Positions 38,911 to 49,700 of a stretch of 64,000 nt of DNA are shown in pieces. A program made the position numbers and the translations under genes. The notes under the pieces are model-generated. The model was given only the letters and a program-made list of their open reading frames with translations, was not told where the DNA came from and searched no databases. Position 1 is the first letter of the stretch, and each line of letters starts with the position of its first letter. Location of the stretch: NCBI GenBank assembly GCA_037131555.1, contig JBAXQU010000007.1, positions 1,504-65,503 on the forward strand, given 5' to 3'. This DNA comes from Bacteroidota bacterium (GTDB taxonomy: Bacteria > Bacteroidota > Bacteroidia > 2-12-FULL-35-15).

Positions 38911-39330
38911 TTTTCTAATTAGGTTTTAATACGTTTCACGCGAACTGGAGGTTTTACATTAATGGTTTTAGGTAATTCCTTGCGGAATTACCACTTTACA
39001 TTAATGGTTTTGGTCAGTTCCTTGCGGAATTGCCGGTTTACATTAATGGTTTTGATTGGAAACGCGCGTTTTGGAGGATTTACATTAATGGTTTTAGTCA
39101 ATTCCTTGCGGAATTGCCACTTTACATTAATGGTTTTGGCCAATTCCGAGCGGAATTACCGCTTTACATTAATGGTTTTGGTCAATTCCACGCGGAATTA
39201 CCACTTTACATTAATGGTTTTAGTCAATTCCTTGCGGAATTGCCACTTTACAATAATGTTTATGTGTCAAGTCACGCGGAACTGATGCTTTACATTAATG
39301 GTTTTGGTCAATTCCAAGCGGAAATAACTT
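38911..39330. repeat. Intergenic tandem array, about 10 x 42 bp, constant block plus palindromic block
   Basis: Units start at 38911 (degenerate), 38953, 38995, 39037, 39079, 39121, 39163, 39205, 39247 and 39289. Each is TTTACATTAATGGTTTT plus a 25-bp part usually containing AATTCC-nnGC-GGAATT. Confidence 0.95.
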
Positions 39331-39424
39331 TTTCATTAAAAACTTTCCAGTTCCTCGCCTTTTTGGCAGCGTTTTTTGATTGAGAATCTGCAAAAATGGC
39401 AGTTTTATGTTTTCAAAGGTCTTT

Positions 39425-40291
39425 TTACTCTTTCACCAATCGAAAGGCTTTGGTTTCGTTCGAGGTGGTAAATTGTAAAAAATAAACCCCTTTTGCCAAT
39501 TTGCTGATGTCAGTTTTCAAGAGGTTAGTTTTCGTTCTGCAGTCGATATTCATCACTTCATTTCCCAAAACATCCATCACCGATGCTTTGCTAATGATGT
39601 CTTTGTTCGAGTAAAGTGTAATTACATCCGTTGCCGGATTTGGGAAAATACGTGCTTGAGGTTCGCTACTTTGCATTTCGGCTATTCCCAACGAATTGGT
39701 ATAAAACACTGAGATGCGAATATGGTCTACATTGGCTATTTGTTGAGAGTTTACCGTATTCACTACTTTTAAATCGAGTCCAAATTCCGAGCTATCAATT
39801 TCGGTAGCCGTCCAAGCATGTCCCCAAAGGTCGGTATTACCACCATAGCTGGTATAAGCGCTAACTGTAGGCCAAGGCACCGATGAACTTTTGTTTTGCC
39901 CCACCAAAATACCTGCCGATGTGATTAACGAAATGACCGAATCGCGTAGCGGAAAACTGGCCGTGGATGCTCCACTGTTTTTCTTTACCTCCACCAATAT
40001 CCCATCAATAGTGGAAGAGGGAGGGATGGTAAAACCAAAATGAGAAGCATACAAATCTTTTGAATAATAACACGAACTCTGAAAACAACTCGGATTGGCC
40101 ACCAAATTAACCGTAGCATTTACATTGTCGTTGGCATACACTGGGGTGAAACTTGTCCAATCAGTGCCAACACATGCTAGGCAACCTGCCATTTGTTCCG
40201 AAGCAAAGCTAGGATTGTTAGGCCCTTGTACCTGAGCCGAAAGAGTGAATAAGGATGTGATAAAACCAAGAGAGAGGAATATTTTTTTCAT
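39425..40291 (-). CDS. Small T9SS type-A cargo of unknown function
   Basis: Start moved to MKKIFLSLG (signal ending LSA-Q). FGFTIP...YGGNTDLWG..WT domain; CTD IFPNPA...DVLG...LAKGVYFL...RLVKE. Confidence 0.85.
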   Translation of the reverse strand: MKKIFLSLGFITSLFTLSAQVQGPNNPSFASEQMAGCLACVGTDWTSFTPVYANDNVNATVNLVANPSCFQSSCYYSKDLYASHFGFTIPPSSTIDGILVEVKKNSGASTASFPLRDSVISLITSAGILVGQNKSSSVPWPTVSAYTSYGGNTDLWGHAWTATEIDSSEFGLDLKVVNTVNSQQIANVDHIRISVFYTNSLGIAEMQSSEPQARIFPNPATDVITLYSNKDIISKASVMDVLGNEVMNIDCRTKTNLLKTDISKLAKGVYFLQFTTSNETKAFRLVKE

Positions 40292-40314
40292 GTGTGGAAG
40301 ATTAAAATCGAAAA

Positions 40315-40322
40315 CAAAGTTA
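40315..40322 (-). promoter_or_regulatory. Bacteroidota -7 promoter element
   Basis: TAACTTTG on the minus strand, 23 bp upstream of ATG 40291; supports the shorter start. Confidence 0.6.
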
Positions 40323-40452
40323 TAATAAAAAAGTATTCCAATCGAAAATATCACAAGGTAAAACGAACCTGAAATGCCAGATGAGCCCTAATCATTTAAG
40401 GTAAGTTTTTAGCATAATTACAAACAATAAGCATTGATTAAAAAATAAAAAC

Positions 40453-40460
40453 TATTTTTG
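40453..40460 (+). promoter_or_regulatory. Bacteroidota -7 promoter element for purL
   Basis: TATTTTTG about 40 bp upstream of ATG 40500. Confidence 0.5.
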
Positions 40461-40499
40461 TAAACAATATTACGAAAGAGAATTAGCGCAAAACCATCC

Positions 40500-42728
40500 A
40501 TGTCAGACACTGTAAAAGAACAATTGACCACCGTAGAAACCGCACAGAAATTGGGATTACTTCCTGATGAATACGAAAAGATAAAAACCATATTAGGCCG
40601 AACACCCAACTTCACCGAGTTAAGTATATTCTCAGTGATGTGGAGCGAACATTGTTCGTACAAAAACTCCATCGTTTGGTTGAAAAAACTTCCTAAAAAA
40701 GGACCCTTTATATTGGCCGAAGCAGGCGAAGAAAACGCTGGCTTGGTGGATATAGGTGATGGTTTGGCATGTGCCTTCAAAATCGAATCGCATAATCACC
40801 CTTCGGCATTAGAGCCTTATCAAGGCGCTGCCACAGGAGTAGGAGGCATCAACAGAGATATATTTACCATGGGAGCTCGCCCTATAGCGCAACTCAACTC
40901 CCTTCGTTTTGGCGATATCAACCTCGAAAAAACAAAATGGTTGGTGAAAGGAGTAGTAAAAGGAATTGGAGATTATGGTAATGCATTCGGAATACCTACC
41001 GTTGGTGGCGAGGTGTTTTTTGATGATTGTTACAATGTCAATCCACTAGTGAATGCCATGAGTGCAGGCATTGTGAAAGTTGGCGAAACCATCTCCGCTA
41101 CATCGCATGGAGTAGGCAACCCAGTGTTCATCGTTGGTTCGGCCACAGGTAAAGACGGCATACATGGAGCTACCTTTGCTTCTGCTGATATTACCGAAGA
41201 CTCGGCCAAAGACTTACCAGCAGTGCAAGTTGGCGACCCGTTTCAAGAGAAACTTTTATTAGAAGCTACGCTAGAAGTAATAAAAACAGGTGCCGTTGTT
41301 GGTATGCAAGATATGGGAGCAGCTGGTATTACTTGCTCCACTTCCGAAATGAGTGCCAAAGGCGAACATGGAATGGAAATTTGGCTCGACCGTGTGCCAA
41401 CACGCCAAGCAAACATGCAACCATTCGAAATTCTTCTTTCCGAATCGCAAGAACGCATGTTGATAGTGGTGAAAAAAGGAAGAGAAAAAGAAGTACAACG
41501 TGTGTTTGATAAATGGGATTTAAATTGTGCCATGATAGGCGTAGTAACCAATACCAAAAACATTAAGTTTTTTGTCGGTGATGAATGTGTGGCCGATGTT
41601 CCTGCTCACGATTTAGTGTTGGGTGGTGGTGCTCCTGTCTATCACCGCGACTCAAAAGAACCAGCTTATTTTAAAGAGTCGAAAAAGTTCAATATAGATG
41701 ATGTGCCAGAACCAACCGACTTGAAAGCAGTTGCTAAATTCTTGGTAGCGCATCCGAACATTGCCTCCAAACAATGGGTTTACAATCAGTACGATTCAAT
41801 GGTAGGTACTGCCAATATGAGCACCAACGCTCCTTCCGATGCAGCGGTAGTAAACATAAAAGGAACCAATAAAGCTATTGCCCTAAAGGTTGATTGTAAT
41901 TCGCGTTATGTGAATGCCGACCCAGAAACAGGTTGTGCTATTGCAGTTTCCGAAGCAGCTCGTAACATTGTGTGTAGTGGTGGTGAACCTTCGGCAATCA
42001 CCAATTGTTTGAACTTTGGAAACCCATATAACCCCGAAGTGTATTGGCAATTTACCAATGCAATCAAAGGAATGGGCGCAGCGTGTATCAAATTTCAAAC
42101 CCCAGTTACAGGAGGAAATGTTAGTTTCTACAATCAATCGTCTTACGAAGGTCCTGTATTTCCAACACCTACCATTGGTATGCTTGGTGTGTTGAAAGAT
42201 AAGTCGGATAGAATGACATTGAATTTTAAAAACGAAGGAGATTCCATTTATTTAATCGGAAGTTCGAAAAACGATATTGCCTCTTCCGAATATTTATTCT
42301 CGTATCATAAAATAAAAAATACACCTGCTCCAGCATTTAATTTGGATGAAGAATACGAAGTTCAGAAAGCCGTGAAATCAATCATCAAAGCTAAATGCAT
42401 TCAGTCGGCACACGATTGTTCGGATGGAGGATTATTCATTACCCTTTTAGAATGTGCAATGCCAAATGGTTTAGGCTTTAATATCAATACAGATGATTCT
42501 GTTCGCAACGATGCTTTCTTGTTCGGAGAAGCACAAAGCAGAGTGATTGTATCGGTGAAGAAAGAAGACGAAGATGCTTTTATTGATTTGATGATGGAAT
42601 CGAGGGCCGAATTCGAATACCTTGGTGATGTAAAAGGAAAAGAAATAATTATTGATGAAGAGAGTTTTGGTACCGTGGCTGATTTCAAAAACATTTTCGA
42701 CACCTCACTTGGAAATTTGCTCAAATAA
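40500..42728 (+). CDS. purL: Phosphoribosylformylglycinamidine synthase subunit PurL (small type)
   Basis: [47 protein letters not shown] and SAHDCSDGG motifs. Confidence 0.97.
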   Translation: MSDTVKEQLTTVETAQKLGLLPDEYEKIKTILGRTPNFTELSIFSVMWSEHCSYKNSIVWLKKLPKKGPFILAEAGEENAGLVDIGDGLACAFKIESHNHPSALEPYQGAATGVGGINRDIFTMGARPIAQLNSLRFGDINLEKTKWLVKGVVKGIGDYGNAFGIPTVGGEVFFDDCYNVNPLVNAMSAGIVKVGETISATSHGVGNPVFIVGSATGKDGIHGATFASADITEDSAKDLPAVQVGDPFQEKLLLEATLEVIKTGAVVGMQDMGAAGITCSTSEMSAKGEHGMEIWLDRVPTRQANMQPFEILLSESQERMLIVVKKGREKEVQRVFDKWDLNCAMIGVVTNTKNIKFFVGDECVADVPAHDLVLGGGAPVYHRDSKEPAYFKESKKFNIDDVPEPTDLKAVAKFLVAHPNIASKQWVYNQYDSMVGTANMSTNAPSDAAVVNIKGTNKAIALKVDCNSRYVNADPETGCAIAVSEAARNIVCSGGEPSAITNCLNFGNPYNPEVYWQFTNAIKGMGAACIKFQTPVTGGNVSFYNQSSYEGPVFPTPTIGMLGVLKDKSDRMTLNFKNEGDSIYLIGSSKNDIASSEYLFSYHKIKNTPAPAFNLDEEYEVQKAVKSIIKAKCIQSAHDCSDGGLFITLLECAMPNGLGFNINTDDSVRNDAFLFGEAQSRVIVSVKKEDEDAFIDLMMESRAEFEYLGDVKGKEIIIDEESFGTVADFKNIFDTSLGNLLK

Positions 42729-42803
42729 AAATATTTATTTATCATTGTGCATTCATTGAGAATAAAACTTTTTCAATTGAGGATAAAAAATAAACATTTG
42801 TTG

Positions 42804-43514
42804 ATGAAAAAAACTTTACTCGTATTAAGCTTTTCTTTGTTCATACATCTTTTGTTTTCACAAAACAATGCTACAGAGTATTTACTCAGTGCTACAGTTA
42901 ACGATTCGTTAAAAGACTACCCAGCAGCCAAGCACGACTTAGATAATGCCTTACAATTAAATCCCGATTTCGACAGCGCTTTGTGTTTGCTTGGAAACAT
43001 CACACTCAAAGAAGGAAGTTATAAAGATGCAATAAAGCTGTTCGATAAAGTAGTAAAACTAAATCAAAATTATTTCGAAGCTTTTTATGGAAGAGCAAGT
43101 GCTAAGGCTCAATTAAAAGATTATAGCGGAGCTATCAAAGATTTTAGTAAAGCCATTCTTCTTAATTCAAATCACGCAAAATCATACTACAATAGAGCGC
43201 TTGCAAAAGGTTATCTCGAAGATTATCCTGCTGCCATATTGGATTTAAATAAAGCCATTGGTATAGATGCAAAATATGTAACGGCTTATTATAGCCGAGC
43301 GTTTTGGGAAGATATTTCTGGCAATTACGATGATGCTGTGAAAGATTATAAAAAGGTAATCGAGTTGGATGCATCTTATAGAGAGGCTTACACAGGCATG
43401 GCAACAGCCATGTATCAACATGGCGACAAAACACAGGCTTGCGAGGTGCTGAAAACTGCTGCTGAGAAAGGAAGCATCATGGCTGAAGAATTAATTAATA
43501 AATTATGCAATTAA
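42804..43514 (+). CDS. Exported tetratricopeptide repeat protein
   Basis: Start moved to MKKTLLVLS (signal ending LFS-Q). About 6 TPRs; C-terminal GDKTQAC...KLCN; stop overlaps the next ATG (TAATG). Confidence 0.88.
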   Translation: MKKTLLVLSFSLFIHLLFSQNNATEYLLSATVNDSLKDYPAAKHDLDNALQLNPDFDSALCLLGNITLKEGSYKDAIKLFDKVVKLNQNYFEAFYGRASAKAQLKDYSGAIKDFSKAILLNSNHAKSYYNRALAKGYLEDYPAAILDLNKAIGIDAKYVTAYYSRAFWEDISGNYDDAVKDYKKVIELDASYREAYTGMATAMYQHGDKTQACEVLKTAAEKGSIMAEELINKLCN

Positions 43515-44119
43515 TGAAAAGAAAAATTACAATTGTTGTTTTGTGTTTTCTTTGCTCCGCCATTCATCATTTGGTTGCACAAAATATTCACATAAAAGAG
43601 CGACAAGTAAACGTTGGTTGCAATCATTCGTATCTTGGATCTGCCACGGTAGTTGTTACTAATTATATCGATAATAGTACTCATGCACCTTACCATTACG
43701 TATGGAGTAATGGGGTTTCAACATCGGGCGATTCTATTTCAACCATTACCAATCTTGAGGTTGGGACATATACCGTAACGATTACTGATGTTCAAGATGC
43801 AGATTACGCAAAGGCTGAATTCGAAATTACCGAAGATTTTTGTAACATGGTTCCATCACCCGTTTTTACTCCTAATGGAGATGGCTTTAACGATACTTGG
43901 TTAATACAAAAGGCGGAATTATTTCCCGATGCGAGGGTAATTGTTTACAATAGGTTGGGACAAAAAGTGTACGATCATAAAGGGTTTTATGATGTACAAT
44001 GGGATGCTACCGATATCATTGGAACACCGTTGCCAGATGCAGCATATTATTATGTTATTTATCAGGACCGAACAGATAAGAGTTCAGTTATTAAAGGTTG
44101 CGTAAACATTGTTAGATAA
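43514..44119 (+). CDS. Small T9SS type-B cargo (SprB-like repeat + gliding motility-associated C-terminal domain)
   Basis: PYHYVWSNG...NLEVGTYTVTITD repeat; type-B CTD FTPNGDGFNDTW...VYNRLG...WD...YYYVI...KGCVNIVR. Confidence 0.87.
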   Translation: MKRKITIVVLCFLCSAIHHLVAQNIHIKERQVNVGCNHSYLGSATVVVTNYIDNSTHAPYHYVWSNGVSTSGDSISTITNLEVGTYTVTITDVQDADYAKAEFEITEDFCNMVPSPVFTPNGDGFNDTWLIQKAELFPDARVIVYNRLGQKVYDHKGFYDVQWDATDIIGTPLPDAAYYYVIYQDRTDKSSVIKGCVNIVR

Positions 44120-45076
44120 ATGAAAAAGTTATTCTCTATACTCTGTTTGTTTTTTATTTTGCAAGATTTCTATGCACAACAATCGGTGCAATATACTCAA
44201 TTTACTTTTAACGATTATGGATTAAACCCTGCAATTGCAGGGAGTTCAAACGGCTTGATGTTTTTAGCTGGACGAAGAACGCAATGGCGTGGATTTGAAT
44301 TGGCTCCAGAAACAAATTTTGTGAACATCACAAAAGCATTAGGTAAAAAAGGATACCGTCATTACTGGCATGGAGTGGGTGCTTATGTAGAACAAGATAA
44401 AATGGGGGTATTCACCACTCAGGTTGGTTACTTGTCGTATGCTATCCATTTCAAATTGTCACCAAAGTATCGTTTTAGTTTCGGTATTGCGGCTGGAATG
44501 AAAAAGGTAGCATTATCCAATCTTGTATTTGATATTAACGACCCTACTTTTGCATTGGATAGCAGAAGTGTAAAAGTCCCTGATGTTATTCCTGGTTTTT
44601 ATCTCTATTCGAAGAAATTTACACTTAGCGTAGCTGTGCACAATGTATATAAAAACACCTTGTCGTTTGGAGGGAAAGAGCTTGGAACAGGCAATGGTGT
44701 CTTGCTTTTACCAGCGGCATACGTAACCATAACACGAAAATTTATTTCTGGTGATTACAACTTTGTATCCGTTCCAGCTATTAATCTTCAAACCGATTTC
44801 AGAGGGATTCCATCCGCCAATATAAATTTTATCACGTATTATAAAAAACGTATTGGCCTTGGTGTCAACTATCGCATTCATGATTCTTTTTCTGCTATAC
44901 TTCAAGTTAGAGTTTGGAAAAATTTAGTTGTTGGTTATGCTTTTGATTTTACCATCTCTCGTTTTCGTATAGCGAAAGCCAACTCTGACGAAATAATGAT
45001 GGGATTTACACCCATGATGAGTACCGAAGATTTACAAAAATTAGGCACAGCCGATTGTCCTAAATTCGAATTATAA
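44120..45076 (+). CDS. T9SS PorP/SprF family outer-membrane beta-barrel protein
   Basis: QYTQFTFN..GLNPAIAG, RTQWRG...AP and GYAFDFT motifs; directly follows a type-B cargo. Confidence 0.9.
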   Translation: MKKLFSILCLFFILQDFYAQQSVQYTQFTFNDYGLNPAIAGSSNGLMFLAGRRTQWRGFELAPETNFVNITKALGKKGYRHYWHGVGAYVEQDKMGVFTTQVGYLSYAIHFKLSPKYRFSFGIAAGMKKVALSNLVFDINDPTFALDSRSVKVPDVIPGFYLYSKKFTLSVAVHNVYKNTLSFGGKELGTGNGVLLLPAAYVTITRKFISGDYNFVSVPAINLQTDFRGIPSANINFITYYKKRIGLGVNYRIHDSFSAILQVRVWKNLVVGYAFDFTISRFRIAKANSDEIMMGFTPMMSTEDLQKLGTADCPKFEL

Positions 45077-45095
45077 TTCCCCCTAGTTATATTTA

Positions 45096-45830
45096 GTGAA
45101 AAAATTTCTTAGTAAAGTATGGCATATTCTATGGAAAACCGCCATGTGGTTTTTTATTTCAAGCATTATATCAGTTATTATATTTAGGTGGTTACCAATT
45201 CCTGTAACTCCACTTATGTTGATAAGGTGTGTCGAACAGAAGATAGAAGGAAAAGAATTGAAATTAAAAAAACATTGGGTTCCATTTGACGAGTTGTCGC
45301 CCAATTTGCAGTTAGCAGTAGTGTGTTCGGAGGATCAAAATTTTATTAAACACAATGGTTTCGACTTCGAAGCCATCGATAGGGCAATGGAGTACAACGA
45401 GAATCATAAAAAAACAAGAGGGGCAAGTACAATTAGTCAACAAACAGCTAAAAATGTTTTTTTATGGAGTGGAAGAAGTTGGGTTAGGAAAGGCTTGGAG
45501 GTTTACTTCACATTTCTAATTGAAACCATTTGGAACAAAAAACGAATCATGGAAGTTTATCTCAATGTGATAGAAATGGGAGACGGAATTTATGGTTCAG
45601 ATGCTGCAGCGAAAATTTATTTTCATAAATCAGCCAAAGATTTAACCAAACCCGAAGCTTGTTTGATAGCGGCTGTATTACCAAACCCTCGGAAGTTTTC
45701 GGTTCTTAATCCGGGTGCATATATTATATCAAGAAAAGATTGGATGCTTCATCAAATGTCGCTTTGGGGTGGTGTGCTGAATTATGAAAAACCTGTAGAA
45801 AAGGAAATCCAAGACTCAAAAAAGAAATAA
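45096..45830 (+). CDS. mtgA: Monofunctional biosynthetic peptidoglycan transglycosylase
   Basis: GT51 motifs SEDQNF..HNGFD, RGASTISQQTAKN, RKGLE, KKRIMEVYLN and AAVLPNP; GTG start. Confidence 0.95.
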   Translation: MKKFLSKVWHILWKTAMWFFISSIISVIIFRWLPIPVTPLMLIRCVEQKIEGKELKLKKHWVPFDELSPNLQLAVVCSEDQNFIKHNGFDFEAIDRAMEYNENHKKTRGASTISQQTAKNVFLWSGRSWVRKGLEVYFTFLIETIWNKKRIMEVYLNVIEMGDGIYGSDAAAKIYFHKSAKDLTKPEACLIAAVLPNPRKFSVLNPGAYIISRKDWMLHQMSLWGGVLNYEKPVEKEIQDSKKK

Positions 45831-45931
45831 ATTCGTCTACCTTTCTTTCCTCAATCAATATGTTTTAGAAATAAAACAATAGTAAGATTTTTAAATTTTC
45901 GCCATCCTGTTTCAATAATTCTCAACTTTTG

Positions 45932-46225
45932 TTCAAGTCCGTGCGATATTGCGTCAACTCCTTTGGAACTTTCGTCAACTCCCTCTGGAAGTTAGTCAAG
46001 TTCCAACGCTATTCAATAAAGAGCCTTGGGAATTGCAAAATAAGCCTTGGGAATTGCGAAAAGAGCCAAGGGGAATTCATTAGAACCCATGGGAATTCAA
46101 TAAAAGCCTTGGGAGTTGCAAAAAGAACTAAGGGAGTTCGGCAACTTTCTAAGGAAGTTGTATAAAATTCTTTGGGAAGTTAGTAAAGTTCCATAGATTG
46201 TTTGAAAAAGTCCAATGGAATTGCA
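45932..46225. repeat. Degenerate intergenic tandem array, about 14 x 21 bp
   Basis: GTCAAC/GTCAAG at 45953, 45974 and 45995; AGCCTTGGGAATTGC in the units at 46016 and 46037; related units continue to 46225. Confidence 0.75.
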
Positions 46226-46711
46226 GAAAACTTAAAGATATTGCTCAACCAAAGCAATGAATGTGTTCTATTGACGCTTATTTCGAACTTAAAAATAATA
46301 AATGAGATCTAAAAATAGTATAAAATAAAAAAACAAGACCTCGAAATGTAAGTTTGTTCGATGGCTTTGATTAAACATTCATTATTTTGTACTTTGATTT
46401 TAGTTAAAATTGTGTTCATTTTTAGCGTTAAATTAGGTCAATTCTAACCAATAATGAAAAAGTTTGAAATAAACTTGCTTCTTAAAAGGTGATATTCGTC
46501 ATAAAACGCATATTTCAATTCGTGATTTGTGCTTTAAAATCAAGTGTTTGCAATTGTTTTAGGCTGGTTTATTTTTTTTTGATCTAATTAGTAGCGAAAT
46601 GCAACTTTTTTGTGTTACTTTGCGTCCTTATAATTCAGAGAGAGAGTAAATATCTATTAATTTTAAACGTGAATCAAAAATAACAAGTAACTAAATAAAT
46701 AACTACCTGCA

Positions 46712-49700
46712 ATGACACAAAAATTATTCAATTCTAAATCACCAATCAAAAGCATTTTGTTCTTTACTGTCGCAATGTTTGCATTTATGGGTATCAATGG
46801 TTTTGCACAAACTGCGACACCTAAGGCACAAATGATTATTCCAGCGGATGTTTATCAGCATTTGAAAGAAACAGGTAAACTAAATCCTGAGTATGATTAT
46901 CGAGTTATTCAATCAGAGCATCCAGCCCCTCAAGTTCAGGATTTGCCTAGAGAAACCAATGATGGAGGAGTGCACTCAAACGGTATGGAAAAAACACTAA
47001 ACTCTTGTAATTGTTTGATTCCAAATGTTAATACTGACCCTACCTTTTCAGTTGCAGAGTTTACAATTGGTACAGCACCTCTTTATACAAATGATGATGG
47101 TTCTACTCCTGTAAAATCAATGGCTTTCAATTTCTGTATGTATGGTACCAATTATAACCAATTTTACATCAACAACAATGGAAATATTTCTTTCGGCTCC
47201 AGCTATTCCACTTATACTTCATCAGGTTTTCCTTCGTCTGCTGTAGTTATGGTCGCTCCTTTTTGGGCAGATGTCGACACAAGAGGATCAGGTAGTGGTG
47301 TGGTTTATTATAAAATTACTCCTTCTTATGTAATCGTTCAATGGTATCAAGTTGGTTATTTCAGCATGATGACCGACAAATTAAATACCTTTCAGTGCAT
47401 CATTTCCGATGGAACCGACCCAATCATTCCAAACGGAAATAACGTGGCATTTTGTTATGGTTCTATGAACTGGACCACTGGTTCGGCTTCTAGTGGTAGC
47501 AATGGATTTGGTGGTACGCCAGCAACAGTTGGTGTAAACAAAGGCGATGGCGTTAATTTTGCTCAAGTTGGTCGTTTCGGACAAGCAGGTGCGGTATATA
47601 ACGGCCCAGTAAGTGTTAGCCCTAGTAGTGGAGTAAGTTGGTTAGACAACCAATCGTTTTATTTCAATACCTGTTCTACTACCAATATTCCTCCGATTGT
47701 TACAGGATTGAACAACTGCGATACCATCAGAGTTTGTAGCATTACCGATTCGGTTTTAGTGAACGCTGTCTTTCTCTCTCCAGAAGCTGGACAAATTACA
47801 AGTATTACAGTTAATGCATTTGGAACACCAGGTATCACTACCATAAGTAATAATGCGGGAAATGTGGCTACGGCACAAGTCAAGGTGGTGGCTTCAGTTC
47901 TTAATGCAGGTCTTAACATTATTCAATTTACAGCAACGGATAACGGTGTACCTGCTCAAACTTCAGTTGTTAATGCTCGAGTTTATGTTGATACCACTGG
48001 TTTTGTGGTCAACAATTCTGTATTGAATGGTGTACTTTCGTTATGTCAAGGAAATCCAACCACACTGAGCGTAACCCCAACCGGTGCCAATTCTTATTTA
48101 TGGAGCAATGGTTCAACTTCTACTTCTGTAACCATTAGCACTCCTGGTCCGGTATGGGTAACATCAACTATCAATGGTTGTGTTAAAACAATGTCTGCAA
48201 ATATTCAATCTACATTTGCTCCGGGGTTCAATTACAATGGTTCTCCTTTCTGTCAGAATGTTGCTAATCCTATTCCTATTTATGTCCCTAACGGAGGACC
48301 AGGAACTTTTAGTTATACACCAGCAACCGGACTAGATATAGACCCTGCATCTGGAGTAATTAATTTGCCAGGATGCACAACTGGAACGTATACCATCACC
48401 AATACAATAGCTGCTACGGTTGATTGTCCTTCGGTGAGTGCATCAACTACCATAACCATAACACCAGCACCTGATGCTTCATTCAATTATCCTGCTGACC
48501 CATATTGTAACAGTGCAGGAGTATTAGCCACACCAGCCTTTATAGGTGGTGGATTTGCTGGTACGTTCACTGCTATTCCTTCAACTGGTATCGTTATCGA
48601 CCCAGTTACTGGAATTGTTGATGCTGAATTAAGTCAACCTGGAACCTATACAGTTATTAATACAATTCCAGCAATAGGAGGTTGTGCCGATGCTGTTTAT
48701 ACATCTTTAATTAATATTCTACCTCCTGCAGTTGCAACATTTACTTATATTGGTAATCCTTTTTGTAAAAATGCATTTAACCCAACACCATTTTTCTTAG
48801 GGGGTGGTGTTGCAGGAACATTTACATCTTCTGATCCAACACATCTTATTATCAATCCAACAACAGGTACGGTGAACCTTGCACTATCAACTCCTGGAAC
48901 GTATACCATTACTAACACGCTTCAGGCTTCAGGTCCTTGTCCAATAATAGTAGCAACTTTCGACATAACCATTACTGCTGTGCCAGTTGCTACGTTCAGT
49001 TACGTGAGTAATCCTTTCTGTCAAAGTGGTGGTGTTGATCCTTCACCTACTTATACTAATGGTGCTACAGGTGGTGTGTTTACTTATTCCCCTTCAAGTT
49101 CATTCTTAAGTATCGATGGAAGTGGTACAGTAACCGCTAGTGCATCAGATGCAGGTACCTATACGGTGACGAATACAATTGCTGCAGCTGGTGGATGCCC
49201 TGCGGTATCATCAACAGCAACAATAATCATTTCGCCAACACCTGATGGATTCTTTTTCTATCCAGCTGACCCTTATTGCAAAAGCACAACAAATCCTACT
49301 CCGATTTTAAATCCAGGAGGAACAATGGGTGTGTTTTCTGCACAGCCATTTCCGGGATTGGATATAAATTCTGTAACTGGTGAGGTGAACTTAGCTACCA
49401 GTATCGCTGGAACATATACAGTATATAATGACATCGCACCGGCAAATTCATGTCCTGCAATTCAGGCTACAGCAAGTATCACTGTGACAGATATGCCAAA
49501 TGTTACTTTTAATTATCCTGGTAATCCTTTCTGTCAATCAGCCTTGTGGGCTTACCCTAACTTCTTAGGTCAAACAGGTTTGGTTTATTCAAACGACCCT
49601 AATGTCATTGTTGGTATTTTTGATGGTTCGATTGATTTAATGGCTAGTCTACCGGGTACTTATACTATTTATAATTTTATTTCTGCCTCTGGTGGCTGTC

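Noticed and set aside
38911-39330. CRISPR or TIGR-type guide array
   Set aside because: The constant part is only 17 bp, the variable parts are mostly homologous to each other rather than unique spacers, and no cas or Nop-domain gene is in the window.
38962-39383. Two overlapping 14-aa-repeat ORFs over the 42-bp array
   Set aside because: Each frame hits a stop in some unit and neither has a recognisable domain. Treated as a by-product of the repeat, though coding is not strictly excluded.
40500-42728. Truncated purL lacking the glutaminase domain
   Set aside because: 742 aa is the normal small PurL type that works with PurQ and PurS encoded elsewhere.
45929-46165. 78-aa ORF over the degenerate 21-bp array
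   Set aside because: TTG start, stops inside the array and resembles no known protein.
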